Shown: piece by piece, positions 20,156-30,130 of the stretch
How the letters are laid out: every line of letters starts with the position of its first letter
Numbering within the stretch: the stretch's first letter is position 1
From: Flavobacteriaceae bacterium
GTDB taxonomy: Bacteria; Bacteroidota; Bacteroidia; Flavobacteriales; Flavobacteriaceae
DNA length: 64,000 bases
Reading direction: 5' to 3'
NCBI GenBank assembly: GCA_017856235.1
Contig: JAFMFH010000001.1
Location: 23,286-87,285, forward strand
Translations under genes and position numbers: made by a program
The notes under the pieces: model-generated
The model's input: only the letters and a program-made list of their open reading frames with translations
Databases searched by the model: none
What the model was told of the DNA's origin: nothing

Positions 20156-22105
20156 ATGATTAATATTAGTTTCCCAGATAAATCAGTTAAAAAGTTTGAA
20201 AAAGGAATTAAAGTTATTGATATAGCTAAAAGTATAAGTGAAGGATTAGCTAGAAAAGTTATATCAGCATCATATAATGGTAAAATAGTTGAAACAGAAT
20301 CACAAATTAACAAAGATGGTTCAATTAAACTTTTTACATGGGATGATAATGAGGGTAAGCAAGCCTTTTGGCATTCCTCTGCACATATTCTGGCTCAAAC
20401 AATCAAATCTTTTTATCCTAAATCTAAACTTACTATAGGCCCTTCGATTGAAAATGGATTCTATTATGATGTTGATTTCGGCGATGATGTTTTTTCTGAA
20501 AAAGATTTCAATAGAATTGAGTTAAAATTTATTGAGATAGCAAGAGAAGATCATAGTTTTATTATGAAGTCTGTATCAAAAAAAGAAGCATTAGATTTCT
20601 ATAAGTTAGAGAATAATGAATATAAAATTGAATTAATTAATGGTCTTGACGATGGATCAATTACATTTTGTGATCATTCTAATTTCTCAGATTTATGTAA
20701 GGGGGGACATATTCCTTCAACTGGTATAGTTAAAGCAGTTAAACTTCTAAATGTAGCAGGAGCATACTGGAGAGGAGATGAAAAAAATAATCAGTTAACA
20801 AGAGTATACGGAATATCTTTCCCAAAACAAAAGCTTCTAACTGAGTATCTTGAACTTGTTGAAAAAGCTAAAGAAAGAGATCATAGAAAATTAGGTAAAG
20901 AATTAGAACTCTTCACTTTCTCAAAAAAGGTTGGTCAGGGTTTACCTCTTTGGCTTCCTAAAGGCACAGAATTAAGAGATAGACTTCAAAGATTCCTAGA
21001 AGACGCTCAAAGAAGAGCTGGTTACAAAAAAGTAATGTCACCTCATATAGGATCGAAGGAATTATATGTTACTTCAGGACATTATGAAAAGTATGGTGAA
21101 GACAGTTTTCAGCCTATACTTACTCCAAATGATAGTGAAATATTTATGCTTAGACCAATGAATTGCCCACATCATTGTGAAATATTTAATTCTAAACCAC
21201 TTAGCTACAGAGACTTACCATATCGGATGGCAGAATTTGGAACAGTATACAGGTATGAACAAAGCGGTGAATTGCATGGATTGAGCAGAGTAAGAGGATT
21301 TACTGTTGATGATGCCCATATTTTTTGTACAACTGAACAGGTTGATTCAGAATTTAAAAATACCATTGATTTGGTTTTATATGTATTTAGATCTCTAGGA
21401 TTCTCTGATTTTTATGCTCAAGTTTCATTAAGAGATCCCAATAAACCAGAAAAATATATCGGATCAGATGAAAACTGGGAAATTGCTGAACAAGCTATTT
21501 TAAATTCAGCAAAAGAAAAGGATTTAAATTATAAAGTTGAATATGGAGAAGCAGCTTTTTATGGACCTAAGCTTGATTTTATGGTTAAAGATGCACTAGG
21601 AAGAAGTTGGCAATTAGGTACTATACAGGTAGACTACAACCTGCCTGAAAGATTCGATCTCACATTTAAAGGAAAAAATAATGAAGACCTAAGACCCGTT
21701 ATGCTTCATAGAGCACCATTTGGCAGTATGGAAAGATTTGTTGCAATTCTTTTGGAACATACAGGCGGATTGTTCCCTCTATGGCTTGCATCAACACAGG
21801 TTATGATTTTAATTGTTAGTGAAAACTTTAAAAATTATGGTGAAAAAGTTTTAAATATCTTAGAAAATCACGAAATTCGCGCGCACTTAGATGATAGAAA
21901 CGAGACTGTTGGAAAGAAAATTAGAGAATCTGAGATAAATAAGGTTCCTTTTATGATTATCATTGGGGAAAATGAAGTAAAAAATCAGACAATCTCTTTA
22001 AGAAGACATCATGCAGAAGATCTAGGTGAAATGGGAATTGAAAAATTTGTAGATATAATTAATAAAGAGATTTCAGAATGTATCCCAAAATTTAATATTA
22101 ACTAA
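20156..22105 (+). CDS. thrS: Threonine--tRNA ligase
   Basis: TGS domain, editing-domain HSSAH motif, class II core (FRPMNCPHH-like [23 protein letters not shown]) and anticodon-binding domain. 649 aa. Confidence 0.96.
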   Translation: MINISFPDKSVKKFEKGIKVIDIAKSISEGLARKVISASYNGKIVETESQINKDGSIKLFTWDDNEGKQAFWHSSAHILAQTIKSFYPKSKLTIGPSIENGFYYDVDFGDDVFSEKDFNRIELKFIEIAREDHSFIMKSVSKKEALDFYKLENNEYKIELINGLDDGSITFCDHSNFSDLCKGGHIPSTGIVKAVKLLNVAGAYWRGDEKNNQLTRVYGISFPKQKLLTEYLELVEKAKERDHRKLGKELELFTFSKKVGQGLPLWLPKGTELRDRLQRFLEDAQRRAGYKKVMSPHIGSKELYVTSGHYEKYGEDSFQPILTPNDSEIFMLRPMNCPHHCEIFNSKPLSYRDLPYRMAEFGTVYRYEQSGELHGLSRVRGFTVDDAHIFCTTEQVDSEFKNTIDLVLYVFRSLGFSDFYAQVSLRDPNKPEKYIGSDENWEIAEQAILNSAKEKDLNYKVEYGEAAFYGPKLDFMVKDALGRSWQLGTIQVDYNLPERFDLTFKGKNNEDLRPVMLHRAPFGSMERFVAILLEHTGGLFPLWLASTQVMILIVSENFKNYGEKVLNILENHEIRAHLDDRNETVGKKIRESEINKVPFMIIIGENEVKNQTISLRRHHAEDLGEMGIEKFVDIINKEISECIPKFNIN

Positions 22106-22116
22106 ATATATTTGTT

Positions 22117-22674
22117 ATAGCTATAAGAAGAAGAAAGCCAAATAGGAGATTCCAAAGAGTAATCAAAGAAGATCCTCATAAAATCAACACAAAGATCATA
22201 GCACGTGAAGTTAGATTAGTTGGTGATAACGTAGATGTTGGAGTATATTCTACAAGTGAGGCATTAAGAATTGCTAGAGATTTAGAACTAGATTTAGTAG
22301 AGATTTCTCCAAAAGCTTCTCCACCTGTATGTAAAATTCTTGAATACAAGAAATTCTTATATGAACAGAAAAAAAGGGATAAAGCACTTAAATCAAAGGC
22401 AACTAAAATTGTTGTAAAAGAAATAAGATTTGGACCGCAAACAGATGAACATGATTATCAGTTTAAAAAGAAACATGCAGAGAAATTTTTAAATGAAGGT
22501 GCAAAGTTAAAAGCATTTGTTTTTTTTAAAGGACGATCAATTATTTTTAAGGAACAAGGTCAGATTTTGTTATTAAGACTAGCTCAAGAGCTTGAAGAAA
22601 TTGGAAAAGTTGAGCAGATGCCACAATTAGAAGGAAAGAGGATGATTATGTATTTAACACCAAAAAAGAATTAA
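22117..22674 (+). CDS. infC: Translation initiation factor IF-3 with a non-AUG/GUG/UUG start (ATA at 22117; alternatives ATA 22108 or 22123)
   Basis: Not in the ORF track. My translation of this frame gives (I/M)[85 protein letters not shown]...[17 protein letters not shown]...FKGR...[19 protein letters not shown], stopping at 22672-22674. An in-frame TAA at 22099-22101 bounds the N-terminus. It sits between thrS and rpmI. Confidence 0.88.
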   Translation: MAIRRRKPNRRFQRVIKEDPHKINTKIIAREVRLVGDNVDVGVYSTSEALRIARDLELDLVEISPKASPPVCKILEYKKFLYEQKKRDKALKSKATKIVVKEIRFGPQTDEHDYQFKKKHAEKFLNEGAKLKAFVFFKGRSIIFKEQGQILLLRLAQELEEIGKVEQMPQLEGKRMIMYLTPKKN

Positions 22675-22686
22675 AAAAGAGGAACT

Positions 22687-22884
22687 ATGCCAAAAATGAA
22701 AACAAAATCCAGTGCTAAGAAAAGATTTAAAATAACTGGATCAGGAAAAATTAAGAGGAAACATGCTTTTAAAAATCATATTTTGACAAAAAAGTCAAAA
22801 AAAAGAAAACTAAGGCTTACTCATTTTGGCCTTGTTCATGAAAGTGATGAAAATAATATTAAAAGACAGTTAAGACTAAAATAA
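22687..22884 (+). CDS. rpmI: 50S ribosomal protein L35
   Basis: [24 protein letters not shown] is the canonical L35 N-terminus. Confidence 0.94.
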   Translation: MPKMKTKSSAKKRFKITGSGKIKRKHAFKNHILTKKSKKRKLRLTHFGLVHESDENNIKRQLRLK

Positions 22885-22890
22885 TTAGCA

Positions 22891-23235
22891 ATGCCTAGAT
22901 CAGTAAATTCAGTAGCTTCAAGAGCTAAAAGAAAAAAAATTCTAAAACAAGCCAAAGGATATTTTGGTAGGAGAAAAAATGTTTGGACAGTTGCAAAAAA
23001 TGCTGTTGAAAAAGCATTATTATATGCATATAGAGATAGAAAGACAAAAAAAAGAAATTTTAAATCTTTATGGATTATGAGAATTAATGCAGCTGCTCAT
23101 CAACACGGACTAACTTACAGTGAATTTATGTTTAAACTCAAGACTAATAATATTTCTTTAAATAGAAAAGTTTTAGCTGATTTAGCCATGAATAATCCCA
23201 ATGCTTTTGAAGCAATTGTTAAATCTTTTAAATAA
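22891..23235 (+). CDS. rplT: 50S ribosomal protein L20
   Basis: [30 protein letters not shown]...AYRDRK...R.LWI.RINAA is canonical L20. Confidence 0.95.
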   Translation: MPRSVNSVASRAKRKKILKQAKGYFGRRKNVWTVAKNAVEKALLYAYRDRKTKKRNFKSLWIMRINAAAHQHGLTYSEFMFKLKTNNISLNRKVLADLAMNNPNAFEAIVKSFK

Positions 23236-23295
23236 TATATCGAATTACTTCCTAAACTTTTTATTTTTTTCTAGGTCTAAAAAGAAAAATATAGA

Positions 23296-23841
23296 TTGAA
23301 AGAAGGTGATTTACTTAAATTATTAAAGAATCCTACTTCAAAAAATAAAGGATTCAAACTTCTTATAGATTTATATCAAGAAAAAACTTATTGGATGATT
23401 AGAAAAATGGTTTTATCACATGATTCAGCTAATGACGTATTACAAGATACTTATATTAGAATTTTTAAGGGAATTGATAATTTTAAAGAAGAAAGTAAAT
23501 TAAGTACTTGGATATACAGAATTGCTTTTAACGAGTCAATTCGTTTTTTGAATAAAGAATCAAAATTTAAAAAGGTTGAGCTAGATTCAAAAGATGTTAA
23601 TTATTCAAGAAAATTATTTGCAGACACTTTTTTTGATGCAGAAAATCTGTCATTAAAATTTCATCAAATATTATCAGAACTTTCTTTTAAAGAGAGAAAT
23701 ATATTTAACATGAAATATTTTGATGAACTTAGATTTGAAGACATTTCAAAAATAACAGGCATAAATATAAATACTGTTAAATCAGTTTACTATAAAGTAG
23801 AAAAAAAAATTAAAAAAGAAATAAATGAATCAACATTATAA
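23296..23841 (+). CDS. ECF-family RNA polymerase sigma-70 factor (TTG start)
   Basis: Region 2 (LQDTYIRIF...LSTWIYRIAFNESIRFL) and region 4 HTH (FEDISKITGININTVKSVYYKVEKKI). 181 aa. Confidence 0.85.
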   Translation: MKEGDLLKLLKNPTSKNKGFKLLIDLYQEKTYWMIRKMVLSHDSANDVLQDTYIRIFKGIDNFKEESKLSTWIYRIAFNESIRFLNKESKFKKVELDSKDVNYSRKLFADTFFDAENLSLKFHQILSELSFKERNIFNMKYFDELRFEDISKITGININTVKSVYYKVEKKIKKEINESTL

Positions 23842-24154
23842 AAAATTAGGTCTAAAAATTCCAAAAGATTATTTTATAAAATCTAGAGAAGAGATTTTAG
23901 ATAAAATTAATATTAAAAAGAAAAAACCATCTAAAAAAAATAATTACAGCTATTATTTTCTAGCAATGGCTGCTCTATTTATAGGAGCAGTGATTCTTTA
24001 TGATTTTCCATTTATAAATGAAAATTTAATAGAAATAGATTCTAATTCACCAATAATATCTACTTTGATTTCAGGTGAGGAAATTACTGATGAATATATA
24101 ATTGAGTTTTACTCAGAGTCATTAGTTTTAAACGAAATTTATTTTGGTCATTAA
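23825..24154 (+). CDS. Single-pass membrane protein, candidate anti-sigma factor
   Basis: It overlaps the sigma gene by 17 nt. It has a basic cytoplasmic N-terminal region, one TM (YYFLAMAALFIGAVILY) and a short extracytoplasmic tail. No zf-HC2 motif is visible, so the assignment rests on position only. Confidence 0.4.
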   Translation: MNQHYKKLGLKIPKDYFIKSREEILDKINIKKKKPSKKNNYSYYFLAMAALFIGAVILYDFPFINENLIEIDSNSPIISTLISGEEITDEYIIEFYSESLVLNEIYFGH

Positions 24155-24185
24155 ACTATTTACAAAATTTTGTTTCAAAGTGAAT

Positions 24186-24602
24186 ATGAAAAGTTTAAAT
24201 AATATCTTAATAATATTTTTAGTAACTATTTTGACTATTAACTTATCATATAGTCAAGAAAAAAGAATGCATTCTAGTAAATACTCCCAAGAGTTAATTG
24301 AGACCTTATCAAGTTATCAGAAAGAATTAATTGAGAAAGAGAGAAAGTATCTTATCAAACAAAGAGAAGCTATAAGAAAAACTTTTTCAATAGATCAAAA
24401 AAAAGTGATTGATGATAGCACTTTATCATACAATCAAAAAATAAATAAAATTATTCCATCGTTTTCTTCTGATCAAAAAGAACTTATTGAAAAGTATCAT
24501 AAAAGAATTGATACAATTAGAAAAAAGTTCTACAATTCTCTAACTGAAACTCAAAGGGCATTGATCAAGAAAAAAAGAAAGAAGTCAAAGAAAAATGATT
24601 AA
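24186..24602 (+). CDS. Secreted LTxxQ-repeat protein (Spy/CpxP-like periplasmic protein)
   Basis: Signal peptide MKSLNNILIIFLVTILTINLSYSQ. Six spaced [LFY][ST]xxQ[KER]xxI motifs (YSQELI, LSSYQKELI, FSIDQKKVI, LSYNQKINKI, FSSDQKELI, LTETQRALI). Lys-rich tail. I chose the internal ATG at 24186 over the track start at 24144. Confidence 0.55.
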   Translation: MKSLNNILIIFLVTILTINLSYSQEKRMHSSKYSQELIETLSSYQKELIEKERKYLIKQREAIRKTFSIDQKKVIDDSTLSYNQKINKIIPSFSSDQKELIEKYHKRIDTIRKKFYNSLTETQRALIKKKRKKSKKND

Positions 24603-24648
24603 ACTTTTTTTTAACAAAACGTTGGCTCTAAAAACATACTTTTTAAAA

Positions 24649-24656
24649 TAAATTTG
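24649..24656 (+). promoter_or_regulatory. Candidate -7 promoter box TAAATTTG upstream of the outer-membrane barrel gene
   Basis: Exact TAnnTTTG match, 20 nt upstream of the ATG at 24677. Confidence 0.3.
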
Positions 24657-24676
24657 CAGAGCTAAAAAAGTTCCAT

Positions 24677-27178
24677 ATGAAAAACCTATTTAAACTATTT
24701 TTAATTTTATTTTCCTCATCATTATTTTCTCAGCAAACTGGAGGGGGTAACTATCAGCAATTTCAAAACATGCGTTTTAATGTTTCAGGTTTAGTAGTTG
24801 ATTCTGAAACTGATGAATTTCTTGAATATGCAACAATTACATTAAAAAATAAAAGAAATCCTGATAATATTTTTGGGGGTATAACTGGAGAGGATGGTAA
24901 ATTTTCTATTGAGGTATCACCTGGTATGTATGATGTTAGTATTGACTATATATCATTTGAATCATATACTAATAACAATCTTTTAGTTAGAGAAAATATT
25001 GACTTAGGTACTATTTCTCTAAGTTTAGATGTGTCAGTTCTTGAGGAAGTTGAGGTTAGAGCTGAGAGAACTCAAGTTGAAGTAAGGTTAGATAAAAAAA
25101 TATACAATGTTGGGCAAGATATTACTGTTAAGGGAGGAAATGTATCTGATGTGCTAGCCAACATACCATCAATTGATGTTGATTTTGATGGTAATATCTC
25201 ATTGAGAGGAAATAATAATGTTAAAATTCTAATCAACGGGAAACCATCAGGTCTAGTTGGACTATCAGGTCCACAAGGACTTAGATCAATTCCTTCAGAA
25301 TCTATTGAAAAAGTAGAAGTTGTCACATCTCCATCTGCTAGATATTCTGCTGAAGGTACTGCAGGTATTTTAAATATAATTTTAAAAAAGCAAGATTTAC
25401 TTGGATTCAACGGTAATGTTAATGGAAGTATTGGATCTCCTAAGAATACTAGTGGTTCTGGAACATTCAACCTTAGAAATAATAAAATAAACATATTCAA
25501 TACTACTACTTATAGGGATTCTGATAACAAAGGAAACTTTTTTTCTGAAACAGAATACTTTACAAACAGTTTAGAAATAAAGAACTCAACCAAAAGTAAT
25601 AGAAATGAAAAAAACATTTTTCTAAATTTAGGTTTAGAATACTATATTGATGACAAGACTTCATTAACATTAAGTGGATTTTACAGAAAAGGAGATGAAC
25701 TTAGCTACTCAAGAAATATTGTGAATGATATAAGCAATGGAATTATCTCAGCTACTAATGAAAGGGTTGCAAATGAAGAGGAGGTCGAAGAATCATTTGA
25801 GTATGCATTAGATTTTTATAAAGATTTTGATAAGGAAGGGCATACTCTTAGCGCTAGAATATCATATGAAGAATCTGATGAGAATTCTGTTGATAATATT
25901 GAAGATTTTTCAACACTTCCTTTTGTATCTGAATCTGAATTTGAAAAAACATCTAATATAGATTTTCAGAATAGACTTCTTGCCCAGGTTGATTATGTAT
26001 ACCCTATTGATGAAAATACAGAAATAGAATTTGGATATAGAGGAAGCTTCTTAGAGAGAGAAACTGACTTTGATGTTTCATTCTTGCAAGGTACTTCATA
26101 CATATCAGATAGAGGATTATCAAATGTATTTAACTATACCGAGAATATTAATTCTCTTTACGGACAGTTTGGTAAAAAGTTTAATAAATATTCTGCTTTA
26201 CTAGGATTAAGATTCGAAGATTCTAAACAAGAAATTAATCAAAAAACTACTGGAGAGTTTGAAATAAAAAAGTATTCAGATTTATTTCCAACTTTAAATT
26301 TAGCTTATGAAATTTCTGAGCTTGAATCGCTAACATTAGGTTATAGCAAAAGAATTAGAAGACCAAGAGGATGGGATATTAACCCTTTTCCAAGAAGAAA
26401 CTCTATAACATCTTACAGACGAGGAAATCCATTTTTAGATCCTACATTTTCATCGGCTTATGAAATTGACTATTTAAAAAGATTTAAAAAAATAACAATC
26501 AATACGTCCCTGTTTTATAGGCAATCAGATCGAAATGTAGAAAGGATTCAACAAGAAACTGGTCAACTTGTTGACTTAATTGTTGATTCAAGTAATAATA
26601 ATCCTGTATTACAAGTTCCTGTATTAGAGTATTATCCAATTAACTTATCAACAAATAAACAAATCGGATCAGAACTAAGTATCACATACACTCCATCAAG
26701 GTCAGTTAGACTTAACGGAAGTTTTACTCTTAATTCTACTAAAATTAGAGGCAGTTATCAAAACCAAAACTTTGACTCGGATGACACAAATTGGAGTGCT
26801 AGATTTAATGGATTTATTAGACTTCCAAAAGATTATAGTATTCAATTCTTTGGATTTCTAAGAGGTCCTAGCGAAACTGCTTTTTCTAAAAGTAGGACAT
26901 TTGGATTTACAACAGCAGCAATTCAAAAAAATATTCTTGACAAAAAAGGTAATATATCTCTTAGATACTCGGATTTATTTAATACTGGTAGATGGAGATC
27001 CACAACAACAAGAGAAACTTTCAGGTCAAAAACTGAAGGTCAGTGGAGAGAACCTACTTTAATCTTTACCTTTTCATATATAATTAGTGAAGATAAAAAC
27101 AATAGAAAAAGGAGAAGAACTCAAAGAGAACAAGAAGATTTTAGTGGAGGTGATGATGGACCAATCTTTAATAACTAA
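24677..27178 (+). CDS. Outer-membrane beta-barrel protein, TonB-dependent-receptor-like (CarboxypepD_reg-like N-domain, plug, barrel)
   Basis: Signal peptide. N-terminal VSGLVVDSETDEFLEYATITLKN...GKFSIEV fold. Plug-like segment (NVSDVLANIPSIDVD..GNISLRG..NVKILINGKP). Long barrel of alternating strands ending in a charged tail (NRKRRRTQREQEDFSGGDDG). Confidence 0.8.
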   Translation: MKNLFKLFLILFSSSLFSQQTGGGNYQQFQNMRFNVSGLVVDSETDEFLEYATITLKNKRNPDNIFGGITGEDGKFSIEVSPGMYDVSIDYISFESYTNNNLLVRENIDLGTISLSLDVSVLEEVEVRAERTQVEVRLDKKIYNVGQDITVKGGNVSDVLANIPSIDVDFDGNISLRGNNNVKILINGKPSGLVGLSGPQGLRSIPSESIEKVEVVTSPSARYSAEGTAGILNIILKKQDLLGFNGNVNGSIGSPKNTSGSGTFNLRNNKINIFNTTTYRDSDNKGNFFSETEYFTNSLEIKNSTKSNRNEKNIFLNLGLEYYIDDKTSLTLSGFYRKGDELSYSRNIVNDISNGIISATNERVANEEEVEESFEYALDFYKDFDKEGHTLSARISYEESDENSVDNIEDFSTLPFVSESEFEKTSNIDFQNRLLAQVDYVYPIDENTEIEFGYRGSFLERETDFDVSFLQGTSYISDRGLSNVFNYTENINSLYGQFGKKFNKYSALLGLRFEDSKQEINQKTTGEFEIKKYSDLFPTLNLAYEISELESLTLGYSKRIRRPRGWDINPFPRRNSITSYRRGNPFLDPTFSSAYEIDYLKRFKKITINTSLFYRQSDRNVERIQQETGQLVDLIVDSSNNNPVLQVPVLEYYPINLSTNKQIGSELSITYTPSRSVRLNGSFTLNSTKIRGSYQNQNFDSDDTNWSARFNGFIRLPKDYSIQFFGFLRGPSETAFSKSRTFGFTTAAIQKNILDKKGNISLRYSDLFNTGRWRSTTTRETFRSKTEGQWREPTLIFTFSYIISEDKNNRKRRRTQREQEDFSGGDDGPIFNN

Positions 27179-27333
27179 GATTTTAATTTCTTAGATATAA
27201 ATTCTTTTATCTTCAAGAATACATAAGATGAAGCCCAATAGGGTGCTAATATTGCTAAAAAAATCATAAGCCAGAAGCCCATTGTAAATATTCCCAAAAA
27301 AGCTAAAAAACCGAGGTATTGTTGAAACTCCAT
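27175..27333 (-). CDS. Possible unannotated 52-aa hydrophobic membrane peptide
   Basis: My manual translation gives MEFQQYLGFLAFLGIFTMGFWLMIFLAILAPYWASSYVFLKIKEFISKKLKS*. It is below the ORF-track size cut-off. A TAnnTTTG box lies 18 nt upstream on the same strand (27352-27359). Its stop overlaps the convergent OMP stop. Confidence 0.35.
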   Translation of the reverse strand: MEFQQYLGFLAFLGIFTMGFWLMIFLAILAPYWASSYVFLKIKEFISKKLKS

Positions 27334-27340
27334 ATATTTG
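27333..27340 (+). promoter_or_regulatory. Candidate -7 promoter box TATATTTG upstream of fumC
   Basis: Exact TAnnTTTG match, 47 nt upstream of the fumC ATG. Confidence 0.3.
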
Positions 27341-27351
27341 TAAATGATAAA

Positions 27352-27359
27352 CAAAAGTA
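27352..27359 (-). promoter_or_regulatory. Candidate -7 promoter box (TACTTTTG on the minus strand) upstream of the 52-aa ORF
   Basis: Exact TAnnTTTG match, 18 nt upstream of the minus-strand ATG at 27333. Confidence 0.25.
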
Positions 27360-27387
27360 ATTTTTTTTAACTAAATTACAAAGGATC

Positions 27388-28785
27388 ATGGACTACAGAA
27401 TTGAAAAAGATACACTTGGAGATGTAAAGGTTCCTAAAGACTCTCTGTGGGGAGCTCAAACTGAGAGATCAAAAAAAAACTTTAAAATTGGTAATCCATC
27501 TTCAATGCCAATTGAAATAATTCATGCTTATGCTATTTTAAAGAAATCAGCTGCAGCTACGAATGAAGAATTAGGTGTGTTATCAAAAGAAAAATCTTTA
27601 CTTATCCAGGCAGTATGTGATGAGATTATTTCTAATAAACATAATGACCACTTTCCTCTAGTTGTTTGGCAGACAGGTTCTGGTACTCAAACCAATATGA
27701 ATGTAAATGAAGTAATTTCAAACAGAGCACATATAATTGAAGGGAAAAAACTTGGAGAGTCAGAGAAAACCCTATCTCCTAATGATGATGTTAATCTTTC
27801 ACAATCATCAAATGATACTTTCCCTACTGCAATAAATATTGCTGCTATGAAAATAATTACTGATAACACATTGGTTAATCTAAAAAAATTAAGGGATAGC
27901 TTGAATAAAAAGGCAAAGGAGTTTAACAAAATTGTTAAGATCGGAAGAACTCATCTTATGGATGCAACTCCTATTACTCTTGGACAAGAGTTTTCAGGTT
28001 ATGTGGCTCAAATTGATAATGGAATTAAATCTATTAACAATGCAATTGACCATCTATCTGAATTGCCAATTGGAGGGACTGCTGTAGGAACTGAGTTAAA
28101 CACTCCTAAGGGCTATTCAAAAAAAGTTGTTGAATATATTTCAACAAATTCAGGTCTCAAATTTAAGGAGTCTCCAAATAAATTTGAAGGTATTGCGTCC
28201 CATGATTGCATTGTAGAAATGCATGGTGCTCTTAAGACAGTCGCTACTTCAATTTATAAAATATCAAATGATATAAGACTAATGGGATCTGGACCAAGGT
28301 CTGGATTAGGTGAACTAATTTTGCCTGCTAATGAACCTGGTAGTTCTATAATGCCAGGAAAAATTAATCCAACTCAATGTGAGGCAATTTCAATGGTTTG
28401 TGCTCAAATAATAGGTAACGACATGGCTGTAAGTTTTGCTGGGGCGAATGGTCACTTTGAATTAAATGTATTTAAACCTCTATTCGCATACAATATTATA
28501 GAGTCATCAAAAATACTTGGTGATGCATGTTTAAGCTTCTCCAAAAACTGTATTGAAGGTCTAAAACCAAATAAAAAGAAAATAGAAAAGTTCTTAAACG
28601 ATTCTTTAATGTTAGTAACTGCTTTAAATTCAAGAATTGGATACTACAAAGCTGCAGAAATTGCAAATAAAGCTTATAAAGAAGATATTACACTTAAAGA
28701 AGCATGTATTAATCTTAATTATTTATCAGATAAAGAGTTTGATAAATATGTCAATCCTGAAAGAATGACAAACAATGAAGGTTAA
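27388..28785 (+). CDS. fumC: Class II fumarate hydratase
   Basis: [17 protein letters not shown]-terminus and the [11 protein letters not shown] signature. 465 aa. Confidence 0.96.
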   Translation: MDYRIEKDTLGDVKVPKDSLWGAQTERSKKNFKIGNPSSMPIEIIHAYAILKKSAAATNEELGVLSKEKSLLIQAVCDEIISNKHNDHFPLVVWQTGSGTQTNMNVNEVISNRAHIIEGKKLGESEKTLSPNDDVNLSQSSNDTFPTAINIAAMKIITDNTLVNLKKLRDSLNKKAKEFNKIVKIGRTHLMDATPITLGQEFSGYVAQIDNGIKSINNAIDHLSELPIGGTAVGTELNTPKGYSKKVVEYISTNSGLKFKESPNKFEGIASHDCIVEMHGALKTVATSIYKISNDIRLMGSGPRSGLGELILPANEPGSSIMPGKINPTQCEAISMVCAQIIGNDMAVSFAGANGHFELNVFKPLFAYNIIESSKILGDACLSFSKNCIEGLKPNKKKIEKFLNDSLMLVTALNSRIGYYKAAEIANKAYKEDITLKEACINLNYLSDKEFDKYVNPERMTNNEG

Positions 28786-29248
28786 AATAGTATCTTACTC
28801 AGATAAATATTCTAAATTCTTCTATGATCTTAATCACGATTGGTTAACTGAATTTTTTTATATTGAAGAATACGATAAAAAGGTACTCAAAAACTGTAAA
28901 GAAGAAATAATTGATAAGGGTGGATACATTTTTTTTGCTCTTTATGGAACTGAAGTTGTTGGGACAATGGCATTAATTCTCAGAGAAAAAAGAAAATATG
29001 AATTAAATAAAATGGCTGTAAAAAAGGACTTAAGAGGAAAAGGAATAGGACATCAGTTAATACAATTTATAATTGATTTTTCTAATAAAAATAATTTTCA
29101 ATCAATAGTACTTTATTCCAATACTGTTTTAAAAAATTCAATTCATCTTTATAATAAATTTGGATTTAAAGAAAAAGATAATCCAGATGCACCATACAAA
29201 AGAAGTGATATAAAGATGGAATTAAAATTATCTAACTTTAGAAAATAA
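28775..29248 (+). CDS. GNAT family N-acetyltransferase
   Basis: [14 protein letters not shown] acetyl-CoA motif. 157 aa. Overlaps fumC by 11 nt. Confidence 0.78.
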   Translation: MKVKIVSYSDKYSKFFYDLNHDWLTEFFYIEEYDKKVLKNCKEEIIDKGGYIFFALYGTEVVGTMALILREKRKYELNKMAVKKDLRGKGIGHQLIQFIIDFSNKNNFQSIVLYSNTVLKNSIHLYNKFGFKEKDNPDAPYKRSDIKMELKLSNFRK

Positions 29249-30130
29249 TTTTTCTTTCCAGTTAGTCCATGAATATTTCCTCGCAAATACAGTAAGAAGA
29301 ATAGGGAAAACAATAAAAGGAGTAATCCAATCAGTAATACCAAGACTTGGCTCAGAGATATCAATTAGAATTGATTCTGTCTGAAATACAGTCCAATCTG
29401 CTGTTAAAAGTAATGCAGCAATAAGATTATTTGCAGCATGAAAACCTAGAGCAAGTTCAAGACCATCATCCATAAGTGTCATAATTCCTAAAACAAAACC
29501 AACTGTTATATATAATATTACAAATTTGTATCCAAGTGCTGTAATCTCTGGATTAGCTAAATGTAATGATCCAAAAACAGTAGATGTTAAAAAAAGTGCC
29601 ATAAATCTACTATTTAACCAATGACCAAAACCTTGCATTAAATAACCACGAAAAACAATTTCCTCAACACTTGTCTGAATAGGTATAAATAAAATTGCAA
29701 TTAGTGCTAAAATTAAAAATTCTTTTACTTTAAAATTGAAAACATAATTTTCAGGATTAAGAGAGTACTCAAGAAAAACAAAAATAGAAACAACCGTCCC
29801 CCATAGCATAAAAGAATAAAGAACCCTTTCTAAATCAATTTTTTTTCTACCAGATAGAACTGACATAATAGGTAAGTCGTGCAGTTTTTTTACAACTAAC
29901 CATATACCTGGTAAAACAAATGCAAAACTAAAGAGTAAGAGAAATAGCCTAAGATTTGATGGAATTGTTTTAAAAATATCCATAGGGTCAGCATCAGGAC
30001 TAGGAAACTCTGAGGGTAAAAAGGCTATAATAGGTAGCTGTCCTATGGTAGAAAATAGTATCAGTATAAATGACCCTAAAATATAATACCAAAAATTTTT
30101 TAGTTTATAAGACTTATCCCAAAGAAACAT
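29228..30130 (-). CDS. CPBP family intramembrane glutamic endopeptidase (CAAX protease homologue)
   Basis: Polytopic membrane protein carrying the three CPBP motifs: SVEEIVFRGYL (EExxxR), FGSLHLANP (FxxxH) and GFHAANNL (HxxxN). Confidence 0.82.
   Translation of the reverse strand: MFLWDKSYKLKNFWYYILGSFILILFSTIGQLPIIAFLPSEFPSPDADPMDIFKTIPSNLRLFLLLFSFAFVLPGIWLVVKKLHDLPIMSVLSGRKKIDLERVLYSFMLWGTVVSIFVFLEYSLNPENYVFNFKVKEFLILALIAILFIPIQTSVEEIVFRGYLMQGFGHWLNSRFMALFLTSTVFGSLHLANPEITALGYKFVILYITVGFVLGIMTLMDDGLELALGFHAANNLIAALLLTADWTVFQTESILIDISEPSLGITDWITPFIVFPILLTVFARKYSWTNWKEKLFSKVR

Noticed and set aside
25072-25500. 142-aa ORF antisense to the outer-membrane barrel gene. This is long for an AT-rich genome.
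   Set aside because: It lies wholly inside a well-supported gene, in the antisense frame whose stops require T/C-ending codons followed by Tyr/His/Gln codons, and that stretch of the plug domain is poor in those residues. The peptide is low-complexity with no motif. It is a frame artefact.
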